Assembly (NCBI RefSeq): GCF_001017655.1
Contig: NZ_CP010904.1
Location: 1,050,001-1,082,000, forward strand
Direction of reading: 5' to 3'
Source: Kiritimatiella glycovorans
GTDB lineage: Bacteria > Verrucomicrobiota > Kiritimatiellia > Kiritimatiellales > Kiritimatiellaceae
Length of the DNA: 32,000 bases
The notes beneath the pieces were generated by a model. The model made no database searches and was not told the origin of the DNA. It saw only the letters and a program-made list of their open reading frames with translations. Numbering within the stretch: the first letter of the stretch is position 1; every line of letters starts with the position of its first letter. Below are positions 16,872 through 25,599 of the stretch, piece after piece. The translations under genes and the position numbers were made by a program.

Positions 16872-18053
16872 ATGAGCCATAGACAGAACAAGAAGAAGGA
16901 TCGAAGCATGACGACAAGATCGGGCCAATATTTCCGGAGCCGCGGACTCCGCCGAACCCGCGCAGTTGTCTGCCTGCTGCTTGGGGCCGTCCTCAGTGCC
17001 CATGCGCGTACCGAAGTCGATGTGGTTGCCGATTTCGGTGCGGTCGCGAACGACGGCATCGACGATGCGCCGGCCTTCCAGGACGCGCTCGATTACCTGA
17101 ACAGCACGGGCGGCGGTACACTCCATGTTCCTCCGGGCCGTTTTCTGTTCAATGAGCGTGTTTCAGTGGAGGCCCGCGATTGGCGGCTGACCATTCAGGG
17201 CGATCCCCTCGGCGAGACAGAGCTTCAGGTGGACAACCCGGACGGCCTCTTTCAACTGACTCACAGCACCCGCTACCCGCAGGTAAATATCCGCGATCTG
17301 TCCATCACCGCCCTCCGCGAAGCGGCGGGCACCGCGCTTGAGGTGACCTGTCCCCAGGGGGGGGTGCAGGAAAAACGGGTCGTCACGCTGCGCAAACTTG
17401 AGATCCGGGGAAATGGCGGCGCGGAATACTTCAACCGCGGGATCGTCATCGGCGGACTCTACCGGCCGCTGATCGAGAATTGCAGCGTGGTCCATTCCAC
17501 CGCTGCGGACATGAGCGACAGCTCGCCCAATTTCCTGCCCGAGGTCGGGATCGACGTGACCGATTGCTACGCACCGGTGATCGAGCGCTGTTCGGTGGTC
17601 GGTGCCCGCGTCGCCTACCTATACGACTCGGCAGAAAACCCGGAGGATGGTGCGGTGCGCGACTGTACGGCGGACTACTGCCGGGTCGGAGTACGATATT
17701 TCCACGACAACGGAAGCGGCGGCAAAGAAGAGACGTTGTGGATCAACGACTCCGACATCCGGGCGCGCGATGCAGGGGTTGAGGTCAAGGGGCGGCGCAT
17801 CCTCCATATATCGGGAAACACCTTTCGCCGATTGTCCGAAACCCATCCCCTCAAGGATGTCACCATAGAGATTGTCACCATGGGCTTCGTCACGGATAAC
17901 ACCTTCGAAGGCAATCTCGATGCCGGCCGCAAAAACGTGTCAGTGCTCGACGACGTCACCAAGTACGTCGTCATCATTGACAATACGCTCTCGGGTCCAT
18001 TCGCTTCGGCTTTGTATATCCATCCCGATGCACAGAACATCCTGAGCCAATAG
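16872..18053 (+). CDS. Secreted right-handed beta-helix protein (pectate-lyase-3 domain), a stand-alone paralogue of the C-terminal domain of the preceding gene
   Basis: Signature DVVADFGAVANDGIDDAPAFQDALDYLNSTGGGTLHVPPGRFLF parallels 13473..16853. An alternative ATG at 16908 (MTTRSGQYFRSRGLRRTRAVVCLLLGAVLSAHA) has a GAAGGA upstream and gives a cleaner signal peptide. Confidence 0.75.
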   Translation: MSHRQNKKKDRSMTTRSGQYFRSRGLRRTRAVVCLLLGAVLSAHARTEVDVVADFGAVANDGIDDAPAFQDALDYLNSTGGGTLHVPPGRFLFNERVSVEARDWRLTIQGDPLGETELQVDNPDGLFQLTHSTRYPQVNIRDLSITALREAAGTALEVTCPQGGVQEKRVVTLRKLEIRGNGGAEYFNRGIVIGGLYRPLIENCSVVHSTAADMSDSSPNFLPEVGIDVTDCYAPVIERCSVVGARVAYLYDSAENPEDGAVRDCTADYCRVGVRYFHDNGSGGKEETLWINDSDIRARDAGVEVKGRRILHISGNTFRRLSETHPLKDVTIEIVTMGFVTDNTFEGNLDAGRKNVSVLDDVTKYVVIIDNTLSGPFASALYIHPDAQNILSQ

Positions 18054-18066
18054 GAGGAGAAGAACC

Positions 18067-21060
18067 ATGAAGACACGAAAAACGACAAAGGGAATTTTCA
18101 GCGTTGCGGTGGTGCTGGTCGCGGGTTCCGCTTTTTCGCCGGAACCGGTCGCAGAGATCAACACCGAGCATGAGCGCAACCAGGCGTTGATGGCAAAAAT
18201 TGACGGCGCACAGTCGGTGGCTGAAACATTGGCCGCGCTTAAAGAGGGCTGGAACAACCCGCCGGCGACTTATCGTCCGCATACCCGCTGGTGGTGGCCG
18301 GGCAACGCCGTGACGAAGGAAGGCATCACCTGGCATCTCGAACAGATGAAGGAGAAGGGTCTCGGCGGCGTCGAGATCATGTCCTACGGCAATGTTTACC
18401 AGGAGGGGAATATCCCGTTCGACTCGCCGGAGTTTATCGAGATGGTCAAGTATACGGTGGATGAATGCCGCCGCCTGGGGATGGAAGTCACCCCGCCGCT
18501 GAACCCGGGCTGGGGGCATGGCAGCTCGAACACCCCGGAGGATGAAAAGGCGATGGGGCTGGTCTATTCCGAAGTGGATGTGGAGGGCGGTGCGCTGGCC
18601 ATGGAGCTTCCGCTGCCGAAGGACGGCTACGGGAAAATCATGCCCAAGCGGTTCGAGGCACTGGTGGCTGTGGCGCTCGGAGCCGACGGCACGCCCGATC
18701 CGTCGCGGCGGTTCGATTTGACCGATCAGGTAACGGGCGACCGGGCCTGGACGCGCGATCCGCAGATGACGATCGAGGCGGAACTGCCGCCCGGAAAATG
18801 GCATCTGCTCGCATTCTGGAACTGCAAGACCGGCCAGAAGTGTGCGGGGGAAAATTACGAGCCGCGCTCATGGCTCATCGACCACCTCAGCTACGAGGCG
18901 GCACAGAACCACGCCGGCTACATGGGCGGGAAATACCGCCAGGCATTCGGAGCCGACTTCGGGCAGACGGTGGATTCCATGTTTGGCGACAGCTACGAGG
19001 TCGCCCACGGGATTGCCTTCTGGACCCACGGACTGTTCGACCGTTTCGAGCGGGAAAAGGGCTACGACCTACGCCCCTATCTCCCGCTGGCACTCTACGA
19101 CGGCGCGCCCGAGACGCCCTATGTCCGCCATGACATCGGGCAATTTCTTCACGAGGCCGGGATGGAGGGGATTGTGGCCGGACTGGCGGACTGGTGCGCC
19201 GAGGCCGGGGTCGACATGCGCCAGCAGCCGCACTACCGCTTCACGACCGACATCATCGCGGCCTCCGGCGTGTTCCAGCGCCCGGAAACCGAGAATACCA
19301 AGACCAGTTTCGAACCCACCTTCTGGCACAAGCTGACCACCAGCGGCGCGTGGCTCTATCCGTCGGATCGGAAGAAGTGGGTCTCGTGCGAGGCCTTCAC
19401 CTTCATCAACCATCAATACCGCACCTCGATGGATCAGATCAAACGCGGCTCGGACCTCTTCCTGCGCGACGGCGTCACCCAGTTCTACAACCACGGCTAT
19501 TTCTACACGCCGGAAAAGGAGATCGCCCCGTCGCGTGACCTGCTCTGGGGCAACCGCATCAGCCACGTCAGCCCCTGGTGGCCGTGGTACCGCGGGCTGG
19601 CCGACTACCAGGCGCGTGCCTGCTTCCTTTCGCGCCAGGGCCGGGCCGAGGCCGACGTGCTGGTCTATGCGCCCTATCCGAGCACGTGGTCGGAACGCTT
19701 CAAGCATCCCGCCCGGGAGGTGCGCGACCTGCCCTTCGGACACCTGCCCAAGACGCTGGTGGCCAACGGCTACGACTTCGATTTCGCCAACGACGACCTG
19801 CTGCTCAACCACGCCGAAATCCGGGACGGCAAAATCGTCATCAACGGCTACGACTATGCCGTGCTCATCCTCCCGCGCGTGCTCTGTCTCGCGCCCGAGA
19901 CGCTCGAAAAGATCGGGCAGTTCGTGCAGGCGGGCGGAACTGTCTTCGCACTCGATACCCTCCCGGAAACCTCCGGCGGGTTGATCGACCATGAGGCGCG
20001 TGACACCCGGCTGGCCGGGATGCTCGGGCGGCTCTTTGCCACCGGCGGTGGTGAGAAAGCCGTCGGCCGGGGCACGACCTGGTTCATGCCTGACTGCGAC
20101 GGATTTGAATACCTCACCAAATGGGCGGGCGTGGCCGGGGCCTGGGATCCCGTCCCGACCCCGCCGCTCAGCCCGGCCTACGAAAGGTTCATCACCGCGC
20201 TCAAGGCGCGCCTGACCCCCGATTTCGAAATGGCCGACAAGGCGCAGAGCGACGGCCTGACCTTCCGCCGCACCGTCATCGGCGATGTGGACTGCTGGTT
20301 CATCGTCAACCTCCAACCCGCTCCGCGCCAAACCGAAATCACGCTGAAGACCCAGGGCAAATTCCCGCAGACCTGGGATGCCATGACCGGGGAAATCGGT
20401 GGTGTGGACGGCTACCGCTTTGCCGAAGACGGACGGCTGGTCGTCTCCGTGGACCTCGAGCCGTGGGAATCCCGGTTCATCCTCTGTTCTCCCGAAGAGG
20501 TGCCCGCCGAGCCGCGACCTGATGTCGAGCCCCTGATGGAAATCAGCGGTCCCTGGCAGCTTTCAGTCGATGGCCAGGGCGGACTGGAGACCGAAATGGA
20601 ACTGCCCGCATTGACCGATCTGGCCACTCTCCCCGTGCTCGAACATTTCTCCGGCACCGCGACCTACCGGACTGAATTCCGGGTTCCCGAGGTCAAGTTC
20701 CCGATCATTCTCGACCTCGGCGAAGTCGGCGACGTCGCCACCGTCATCGTCAACGGAAAAGAGGCCGGGAAGGCCTGGATGCCGCCGTATCGCGTCGATG
20801 TTTCGGAGCTGGTGAAGCCCGGAGTGAACGAACTGACCGTCGTGGTGGCCAATGTGCTGTGGAACCATGTTATCGGACTGGAGGAACCCAAACCGATTCC
20901 GGCAGACCTGCACGCGCACTATGGCCAAACCCGCAATCTGGACTACCGGGGCTGGGCGCGTCTTCAGCGCGAACGCGTCAGGCAGAGCAAGGTACGCCTC
21001 CCCTCCGGCCTGATGGGGCCGGTGCGGCTTGAAACAACCAAGCCCGTGGCAGGGAAATAG
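18067..21060 (+). CDS. Secreted glycoside hydrolase, GH106-like alpha-L-rhamnosidase
   Basis: AGGAGGAG lies 5-12 nt upstream of the ATG. The N-terminus has YRPHTRWWWPGNAVTKEGITWHLEQMKEKGLGGVEI. The C-terminal sugar-binding-like domain is FSGTATYRTEF...LDLGEVGDVATVIVNGKEAGKAWMPPYRVDVSELVKPGVNELTVVVANVLWN. Both are typical of GH106-type enzymes as I recall them. That this is a real CDS is very likely. The family call is less certain. Confidence 0.65.
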   Translation: MKTRKTTKGIFSVAVVLVAGSAFSPEPVAEINTEHERNQALMAKIDGAQSVAETLAALKEGWNNPPATYRPHTRWWWPGNAVTKEGITWHLEQMKEKGLGGVEIMSYGNVYQEGNIPFDSPEFIEMVKYTVDECRRLGMEVTPPLNPGWGHGSSNTPEDEKAMGLVYSEVDVEGGALAMELPLPKDGYGKIMPKRFEALVAVALGADGTPDPSRRFDLTDQVTGDRAWTRDPQMTIEAELPPGKWHLLAFWNCKTGQKCAGENYEPRSWLIDHLSYEAAQNHAGYMGGKYRQAFGADFGQTVDSMFGDSYEVAHGIAFWTHGLFDRFEREKGYDLRPYLPLALYDGAPETPYVRHDIGQFLHEAGMEGIVAGLADWCAEAGVDMRQQPHYRFTTDIIAASGVFQRPETENTKTSFEPTFWHKLTTSGAWLYPSDRKKWVSCEAFTFINHQYRTSMDQIKRGSDLFLRDGVTQFYNHGYFYTPEKEIAPSRDLLWGNRISHVSPWWPWYRGLADYQARACFLSRQGRAEADVLVYAPYPSTWSERFKHPAREVRDLPFGHLPKTLVANGYDFDFANDDLLLNHAEIRDGKIVINGYDYAVLILPRVLCLAPETLEKIGQFVQAGGTVFALDTLPETSGGLIDHEARDTRLAGMLGRLFATGGGEKAVGRGTTWFMPDCDGFEYLTKWAGVAGAWDPVPTPPLSPAYERFITALKARLTPDFEMADKAQSDGLTFRRTVIGDVDCWFIVNLQPAPRQTEITLKTQGKFPQTWDAMTGEIGGVDGYRFAEDGRLVVSVDLEPWESRFILCSPEEVPAEPRPDVEPLMEISGPWQLSVDGQGGLETEMELPALTDLATLPVLEHFSGTATYRTEFRVPEVKFPIILDLGEVGDVATVIVNGKEAGKAWMPPYRVDVSELVKPGVNELTVVVANVLWNHVIGLEEPKPIPADLHAHYGQTRNLDYRGWARLQRERVRQSKVRLPSGLMGPVRLETTKPVAGK

Positions 21061-21072
21061 CAACGAATCAAT

Positions 21073-21132
21073 GGAGGAATGCAGATCGCGAATAACAAAG
21101 AGAGTATGGCCTGGATCGCGAATCACACAGCG
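21073..21132 (+). repeat. Bipartite GATCGCGAAT direct-repeat module, copy 2
   Basis: GATCGCGAAT occurs at 21084-21093 and 21114-21123, again 30 nt apart. The block begins 13 nt after the GH106-like stop codon. Confidence 0.8.
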
Positions 21133-21432
21133 GGGATTGTCTCACGCAAAGACGCGAAGCAAAGGCGGGGGAGGGCATGACAGAATCATTTGGCGACAGA
21201 ATGATTTTTGGAAGAGCAGGGTTCACGTTTGCCCTGTCGGGCTAAACGTGCGCTACACAAGACCCAGGGTGTAGCGACCGCTTACCCGGGCTTGTCCGCC
21301 GTAGCCTTGGCGAAGGAGGAAGCGAAGCGAGGGAAGCGGTAAGCGGGCAGGTGGCTCGGAAAAACAGTTGGACGGGATAGCAGGATGAACCCGATTAAGA
21401 GAAAAGAATCCAGATGATCCGGTGGTCAAAAA

Positions 21433-21462
21433 AAATCGCGCGATTTGCGTAGATTCGCGATC
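21433..21462. repeat. Perfect 14-bp palindrome aaatcgcgcgattt plus an inverted copy of the GATCGCGAAT motif
   Basis: The palindrome lies at 21433-21446. attcgcgatc at 21453-21462 is the reverse complement of gatcgcgaat. It lies about 30 nt upstream of leader copy D. Confidence 0.7.
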
Positions 21463-21480
21463 CGAAAAAAATGGAGCAGA

Positions 21481-21522
21481 GAGGCTCGCTGTTTTGCGGC
21501 CCGGAAAACCGATCAGGAGAAA
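21481..21522 (+). repeat. Conserved leader module, copy D (upstream of the IS-truncated gene stub)
   Basis: gaggctcgctgttttgcggcccggaaaaccgatcaggagaaa followed by ATG. The last 31 nt before the ATG are identical to copy B. The 5' arm of the hairpin is ggctcgc. Confidence 0.8.
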
Positions 21523-21549
21523 ATGAAAATGATGACACAAAAACAGTAG
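21523..21549 (+). pseudogene. Orphan 5' stub of a secreted-enzyme gene (MKMMTQKQ-stop), cut off by the IS4-family element
   Basis: The conserved leader and RBS are followed by atgaaaatgatgacacaaaaaca. This matches the start of the GH78-II gene (atgaagatgatgacacaaaaaaca at 4941). The reading frame runs into the IS inverted repeat (cagtagcatcccac) and stops at TAG 21547-21549. Confidence 0.7.
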
Positions 21550-23024
21550 CATCCCACAAGACCCTATATCGGGGCACAGAGCTTACGTAACCCCTTGCGC
21601 TGCAAGGGTCGCACTTTTTCTCTGAGCTATGTTTCATTTGATATTTTTCGCGATCAAGGATTCTCCTGTTTTGAAATGCGTCCTATGCTGTCCCACATCT
21701 CAGAGAGGGGACAACCCTAATCCGGGCAAATAGGCTTGTTGCGGGGCCCATTGCATCCGGAAGCTGCCCTGTGCTGTCCCATAGGATTTCAAATAGGCGA
21801 GCAGATGAAGCCGTTGCCACAGAACCGCGCGCAGGCAGGTAAACAACCGCGTAAAGCTGTGCGCCCAATCGCTGCAGGTATGCAGAAAGCGGAGCAGCAC
21901 GTACATCAGCAGCGCCGTCCAGAGCGGCCACTCAATCGCCTTGCGGTTATGCCCGAGGAAGTCGCTCAGGTGCAGCGTCTGCTTGATCTGTTTGAAGAAG
22001 GTTTCGATGTTCCATCGCGCCTTGTACAGATCACAGATGCTCGAGGCCGCCCACTCGAAGTTGTTCGTAAAGAAGGTCATTATCCGATCCTCGCCGTTGA
22101 TCTCGATGCGGGCCACGATCCGGCGCATGCGCTTCGGATAGTCCTTTCGCTTACCGGGATTCTGAACGAGCACGAGATCGTCACGCAGGATGCGCCCCGC
22201 GGGCTTCTTCACCAGCCGCTTCATGCAGCGCAAGTTCATGCTTTCTCTCACGCGGCTCACCCGGAAGACACCCCGCTCGGCCAGTCTGAACAGATGCGTA
22301 TAGTCGATGTAGGCCATGTCAAACACGGCGATTTCGCCTGCCTTGAGGCCTGCGCACAACTCGTGCGCCTTGGTGCTGTCGTGCCCCCTGGCCGAGTCGA
22401 CAATCGCGAAGGCCGGCAGGAAGCTCTCCAGGTTCAGCCGCAGGTGCAGCTTCGCGGCCGCCTTGCGCCGCCGATGCTTCGCCCAGTCCATGCAGTTGGC
22501 GAACAGCTTGATCGTCGTGGAGTCCAGGGCATACACCGTCCGTTTAAAGCGGCGCGGCAGTCGGCGGAACTTCACGCCGCCGAACCCCGGTCGCAACCTC
22601 TCGAAGTACTCGAGCACCGACCAGAAAAGCTCCTCGGCCATTTTCGGATCGCGGGTCCTGTTCGCGTGCGAGAGCCCGTTGCGGCTCGGCGGCTTGGCGC
22701 CACGGATACCGGCCATCGGCGCCCGATGGGCGCGCAGCGCGTCCACCACGTCGTTCAGACCGATCGCGTGGGTGAACTGCGCATAGAGCATGCTCACCAG
22801 ATGGCTCCAGGGCGTGATGCCCCTCGACTTGATCCGATGCTTGCGCGCAAGTTTCGGCACAAGGTGCGGCGGAATGAGTTCACAGACCTGACGAAAAATG
22901 GCACGCTTACTCCCGGCTCGACTGGCTGGCATCACGCAATCTCCTTTGGGTTAGACACTGAAGAAGATTGTAGCCAGTCAGTCAGCCATTACAATTTCCG
23001 TCCCTCGTGAGTGGGATGCTAGTG
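21544..23024 (-). mobile_element. IS4-family insertion sequence, apparently intact (about 1481 bp)
   Basis: Terminal inverted repeats match at 13 of 14 positions: cagtagcatcccac (21544-21557) and the reverse complement of 23011-23024 (cactagcatcccac). Both begin with CA. They enclose one transposase gene. Confidence 0.8.
21700..22935 (-). CDS. IS4-family DDE transposase (N-terminal DUF4372-like region plus DDE domain)
   Basis: 411 aa. N-terminus: FRQVCELIPPHLVPKLARKH...TPWSHLVSMLYAQFTHAIGLNDV. Candidate DDE residues lie in YALDSTTIKLF, AVFDMAYIDY and LYKARWNIETFFKQIKQ (the Y-x2-R-x3-E-x6-K signature). Confidence 0.85.
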   Translation of the reverse strand: MMPASRAGSKRAIFRQVCELIPPHLVPKLARKHRIKSRGITPWSHLVSMLYAQFTHAIGLNDVVDALRAHRAPMAGIRGAKPPSRNGLSHANRTRDPKMAEELFWSVLEYFERLRPGFGGVKFRRLPRRFKRTVYALDSTTIKLFANCMDWAKHRRRKAAAKLHLRLNLESFLPAFAIVDSARGHDSTKAHELCAGLKAGEIAVFDMAYIDYTHLFRLAERGVFRVSRVRESMNLRCMKRLVKKPAGRILRDDLVLVQNPGKRKDYPKRMRRIVARIEINGEDRIMTFFTNNFEWAASSICDLYKARWNIETFFKQIKQTLHLSDFLGHNRKAIEWPLWTALLMYVLLRFLHTCSDWAHSFTRLFTCLRAVLWQRLHLLAYLKSYGTAQGSFRMQWAPQQAYLPGLGLSPL

Positions 23025-23025
23025 A

Positions 23026-23958
23026 AAGAAAATTGAAAAACAGTATGGAAAAATAAATCGGCTGTGGATCATGGATCGAGGTATCCCGACTGAAGATGCT
23101 ATCAAAACGATGAGAGAAGAGAATGCAGAATATCTCGTTGGAACACCGCGCGGTCGACTTACAAAACTCGAAAAGCAGTTCCTCGAATGCGACTGGAAAG
23201 CCGTGCAATCTCAAGTCGAAGTCAAGCTGGCCCATGACGACGGCGACCTCTACGTTCTCACCCGCAGCAAAGGCCGCCAGCAAAAAGAACGCTCCATGCG
23301 ACAGCGCAAACTCAAATGGCTGTGGAAACGCCTGCATACCATTCGATCGATGGAAAAGCTCAAGCGCGACGATTTGCTCATCAAACTCGGCAGTGCCAAA
23401 CGCGATGCCGGAAACGCCTGGCGGCTTGTCGACATCCAGCTGCCCGGCCCCCATCAGCCCGTCACCTCAGAAACCTTTAACTTCACCTTAAACCGCAAGA
23501 AACTCAAACGCGCCCGCAAAAGTGAAGGAACCTATCTTCTGCGCACCAACCTCTCCGATACAAATGCCGACGAACTCTGGAAGCGCTATATCGTATTGAC
23601 CGAAATCGAACAGGCCTTCAAAGAACTCAAGCATGACCTATCTGTTCGCCCCATCTACCACCGGAAAGAAACCCGGATCGACGCACACATCTTCGTCAGC
23701 TTCATTGCCTACAGCCTGCACGTCACCCTCAAACATAAAGCCCGACTCAAGGCCCCGGGACTGACCCCGCGCGCCATCCTCGAAAAATTCAAAGCCCAGC
23801 AAATGATCGACGTCCACTTCCCGACCACAGACGGTCGCACCCTCATCATGCCGCGCTACACCTATCCCGAACGGGAACTTCAACTGCTGCTCACCCAACT
23901 CAACTTAACCCAGCCCGATCAGCCTCCACCCAAAATCGAGCAGTCCCAACTGAGCTGA
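23026..23958 (+). pseudogene. 3' half of an IS1634-like (IS4-superfamily) transposase gene, cut at its 5' side by the IS4-family element
   Basis: The frame is open from 23026 (KKIEKQYGKINRLWIMDRGIPTED...) immediately after the IS4 right inverted repeat. There is no N-terminal half. It contains the central D motif (MDRGI) and a C-terminal block, WKRYIVLTEIEQAFKELKHDLSVRPIYHRKETRIDAHIFVSFIAYSL. Confidence 0.7.
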
Positions 23959-24011
23959 TGTGGGGCCGACCTTCGCTCCAAAATCGAGCAAACTCCGCAG
24001 TTTATCCATAA

Positions 24012-24284
24012 AACAGATTAAGATGGGTTAAGAAAGTCTGGGAGGCCGATCCGCTGATTTGTCCGACCTGCTCGCGCGAGATGCGCATTGTTTCTCTTAT
24101 CGATGAGCGTGAGGTCATTGAGCGCATTCTGCGGCATCTCGGCCTGTGGGAAGAGCCTGTGCCTTTCCATCCCGCCCGCGCCCCGCCGGACGGAGAGGGG
24201 ACGGTGGAATTGTTCCCCGGCGATCCCTTCCCCGATTACAGCAGGGAGCCTGTGATGGATTACGACCTTTGCGCGGATGCATGA
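24012..24284 (+). pseudogene. C-terminal fragment of an IS91-like (rolling-circle, Y2-type) transposase
   Basis: The in-frame translation from 24012 is NRLRWVKKVWEADPLICPTCSREMRIVSLIDEREVIERILRHLGLWE. This matches the characteristic zinc-ribbon tail C-P-x-C-x3-M-R-I/V-I plus ILxHLGLW found at the end of IS91-family transposases. Only about 90 codons are present. Confidence 0.6.
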
Positions 24285-24353
24285 GCCTTCGCGACAGGGG
24301 AACTTTGTTTAAAAGGTAGGGCTCGCTCGCCGAGCGGGCCGCAGATGACGGCG

Positions 24354-24391
24354 CGCCCGCCTCTCCGGGGCATGCCCCGGAGAGGCGGGCG
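24354..24391. repeat. GC-rich perfect palindrome or hairpin (17-bp arms around CATG), target of the IS30-family insertion
   Basis: cgcccgcctctccgggg (24354-24370) is the exact reverse complement of ccccggagaggcgggcg (24375-24391). Joining 24391 to 25616, as before the insertion, extends the stem by one more G-C pair. Confidence 0.9.
24376..24391. repeat. Left copy of the 16-bp direct duplication flanking the IS30-family element
   Basis: cccggagaggcgggcg at 24376-24391 is identical to 25600-25615. Confidence 0.85.
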
Positions 24392-25599
24392 GTAGGTTGT
24401 AAACCCAAATGCCGCATGTAGTGGTCTTGTTTCATTTATGAGATCGTTTTGAGTTCGTTCGTGAAGAGTTCGTGAGGGGTCATGAAGTCGAGGATCCGGC
24501 GCGGGTAGTTATTGATCCATAGCTCGATGTCGCGGATTTTCTGCTTGGTAAAGCGCGCGATATCCCGGCCCTTGGCCACGAACCGTCTGATCATCCTGTT
24601 GCCGTTCTCGTTCGATCCGCGTTCCCAGGATGAGTATGGGTGGGCGTAGAAGATCTGGGTTCGCTGTTGCTTCGAGAAGGAAGAGGCTTCTAAGGCTTCG
24701 AAGTCCAGGAACTCGCTGCCGTTGTCGACCGTGATGGTCTTGAAGATCTGACGGAAGCAGCGGGAGCCGTGTTCACGCTCGAGCCCTCTGAGAACTTTGA
24801 GCACGCTGGCTTGGCTCTTATCAGGCAGCTTGCGAATGATCGTGATCCGATGTCTGCGTTCCACCAGGGTCAATAGGGCGGCATTGGACCCGCGCGTGGG
24901 GCCGGTCACCAGGTCCATCTCCCAGTGTCCGAACTCCTCGCGCGTCTCGGCTCCTTCGGGACGCTGGTCGATGCTTTTGCCTTTGGAAATCCGCTTCGCC
25001 AACCGCCGAGCGCCGCGTTTGCGCCGCTTGGCTCGCTTACGCTTCTCCCACAGTGACTCGTTGCTGAGCCCGAAAATGACGCCTTTATCGATGTAGTTAT
25101 AGATCGTCTTGGTGCACACCACCTCCTCCAGACCGGCCTGACGCATCCGAAAGGCGACTACATCGGGCGATTCCTTATGTTCCACAATGCGGCAACGGAT
25201 GAATTCGGCCAGCGCATAGTTGCGGCCCAGCCTCAGACCGGGCCCCCTTGCGGTGGCGTGGTAATCATGGAGGTCCTGGCCGCGATCGCTGCTGTAGGTC
25301 CGGTATTCCCGCCACTCCGAGTCCCGGTGGGTCACCGTCCCGCGCTTGAGCTCACGCTGGATCGTACGCGGGTGACGCTCCAAGGCGGCCGCGATGTCCC
25401 GTGGGGGGATCCCCCCACGGGACATCCGCTCAATCACCATGCGCTCCACCCTCGTCAAGTGCTTGCCCTTCCTGCTATTCTGATTCTGTTCCATGCCGTC
25501 TCCTTCCTCTGTTGTCCTGTTGTAAGACCACAAAGGATAGCGAACCACGGCATGGAACGCTCTCTCCTATACCTGCGGCATTTCACATTACACTTCTCA
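24392..25599 (-). mobile_element. IS30-family insertion sequence, apparently intact (about 1208 bp)
   Basis: Imperfect terminal inverted repeats of about 30 bp share the cores ttgtaa and aaatgccgca. Compare 24392-24425 with the reverse complement of 25566-25599. The element carries a single transposase gene and is flanked by an exact 16-bp direct repeat. Confidence 0.8.
24436..25494 (-). CDS. IS30-family DDE transposase
   Basis: I prefer the ATG at 25494 ([24 protein letters not shown]...) because GGAAGGAGA lies just upstream. The track start at 25548 is also possible. An N-terminal helix-turn-helix is followed by an integrase-like core: [41 protein letters not shown]. Confidence 0.85.
   Translation of the reverse strand: [352 protein letters not shown]

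Noticed and set aside
21256-21267. The 10-mer cacaagaccc is shared with the IS4 left end (21556-21565), hinting at a solo IS end in the expanded spacer
   Set aside because: Only about 10 nt match and the similarity does not extend on either side. That is too short to call an IS remnant.
21736-23010. 424-aa plus-strand ORF covering the IS4-family element
   Set aside because: It is antisense to a transposase gene with clear DDE and Y-R-E-K motifs. Its own product has no recognisable features.
24115-24435. 106-aa minus-strand ORF spanning the IS91-like fragment and the GC palindrome
   Set aside because: It overlaps the better-supported plus-strand transposase remnant and reads through a perfect palindrome. 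It has no RBS or motif, so it is likely spurious.
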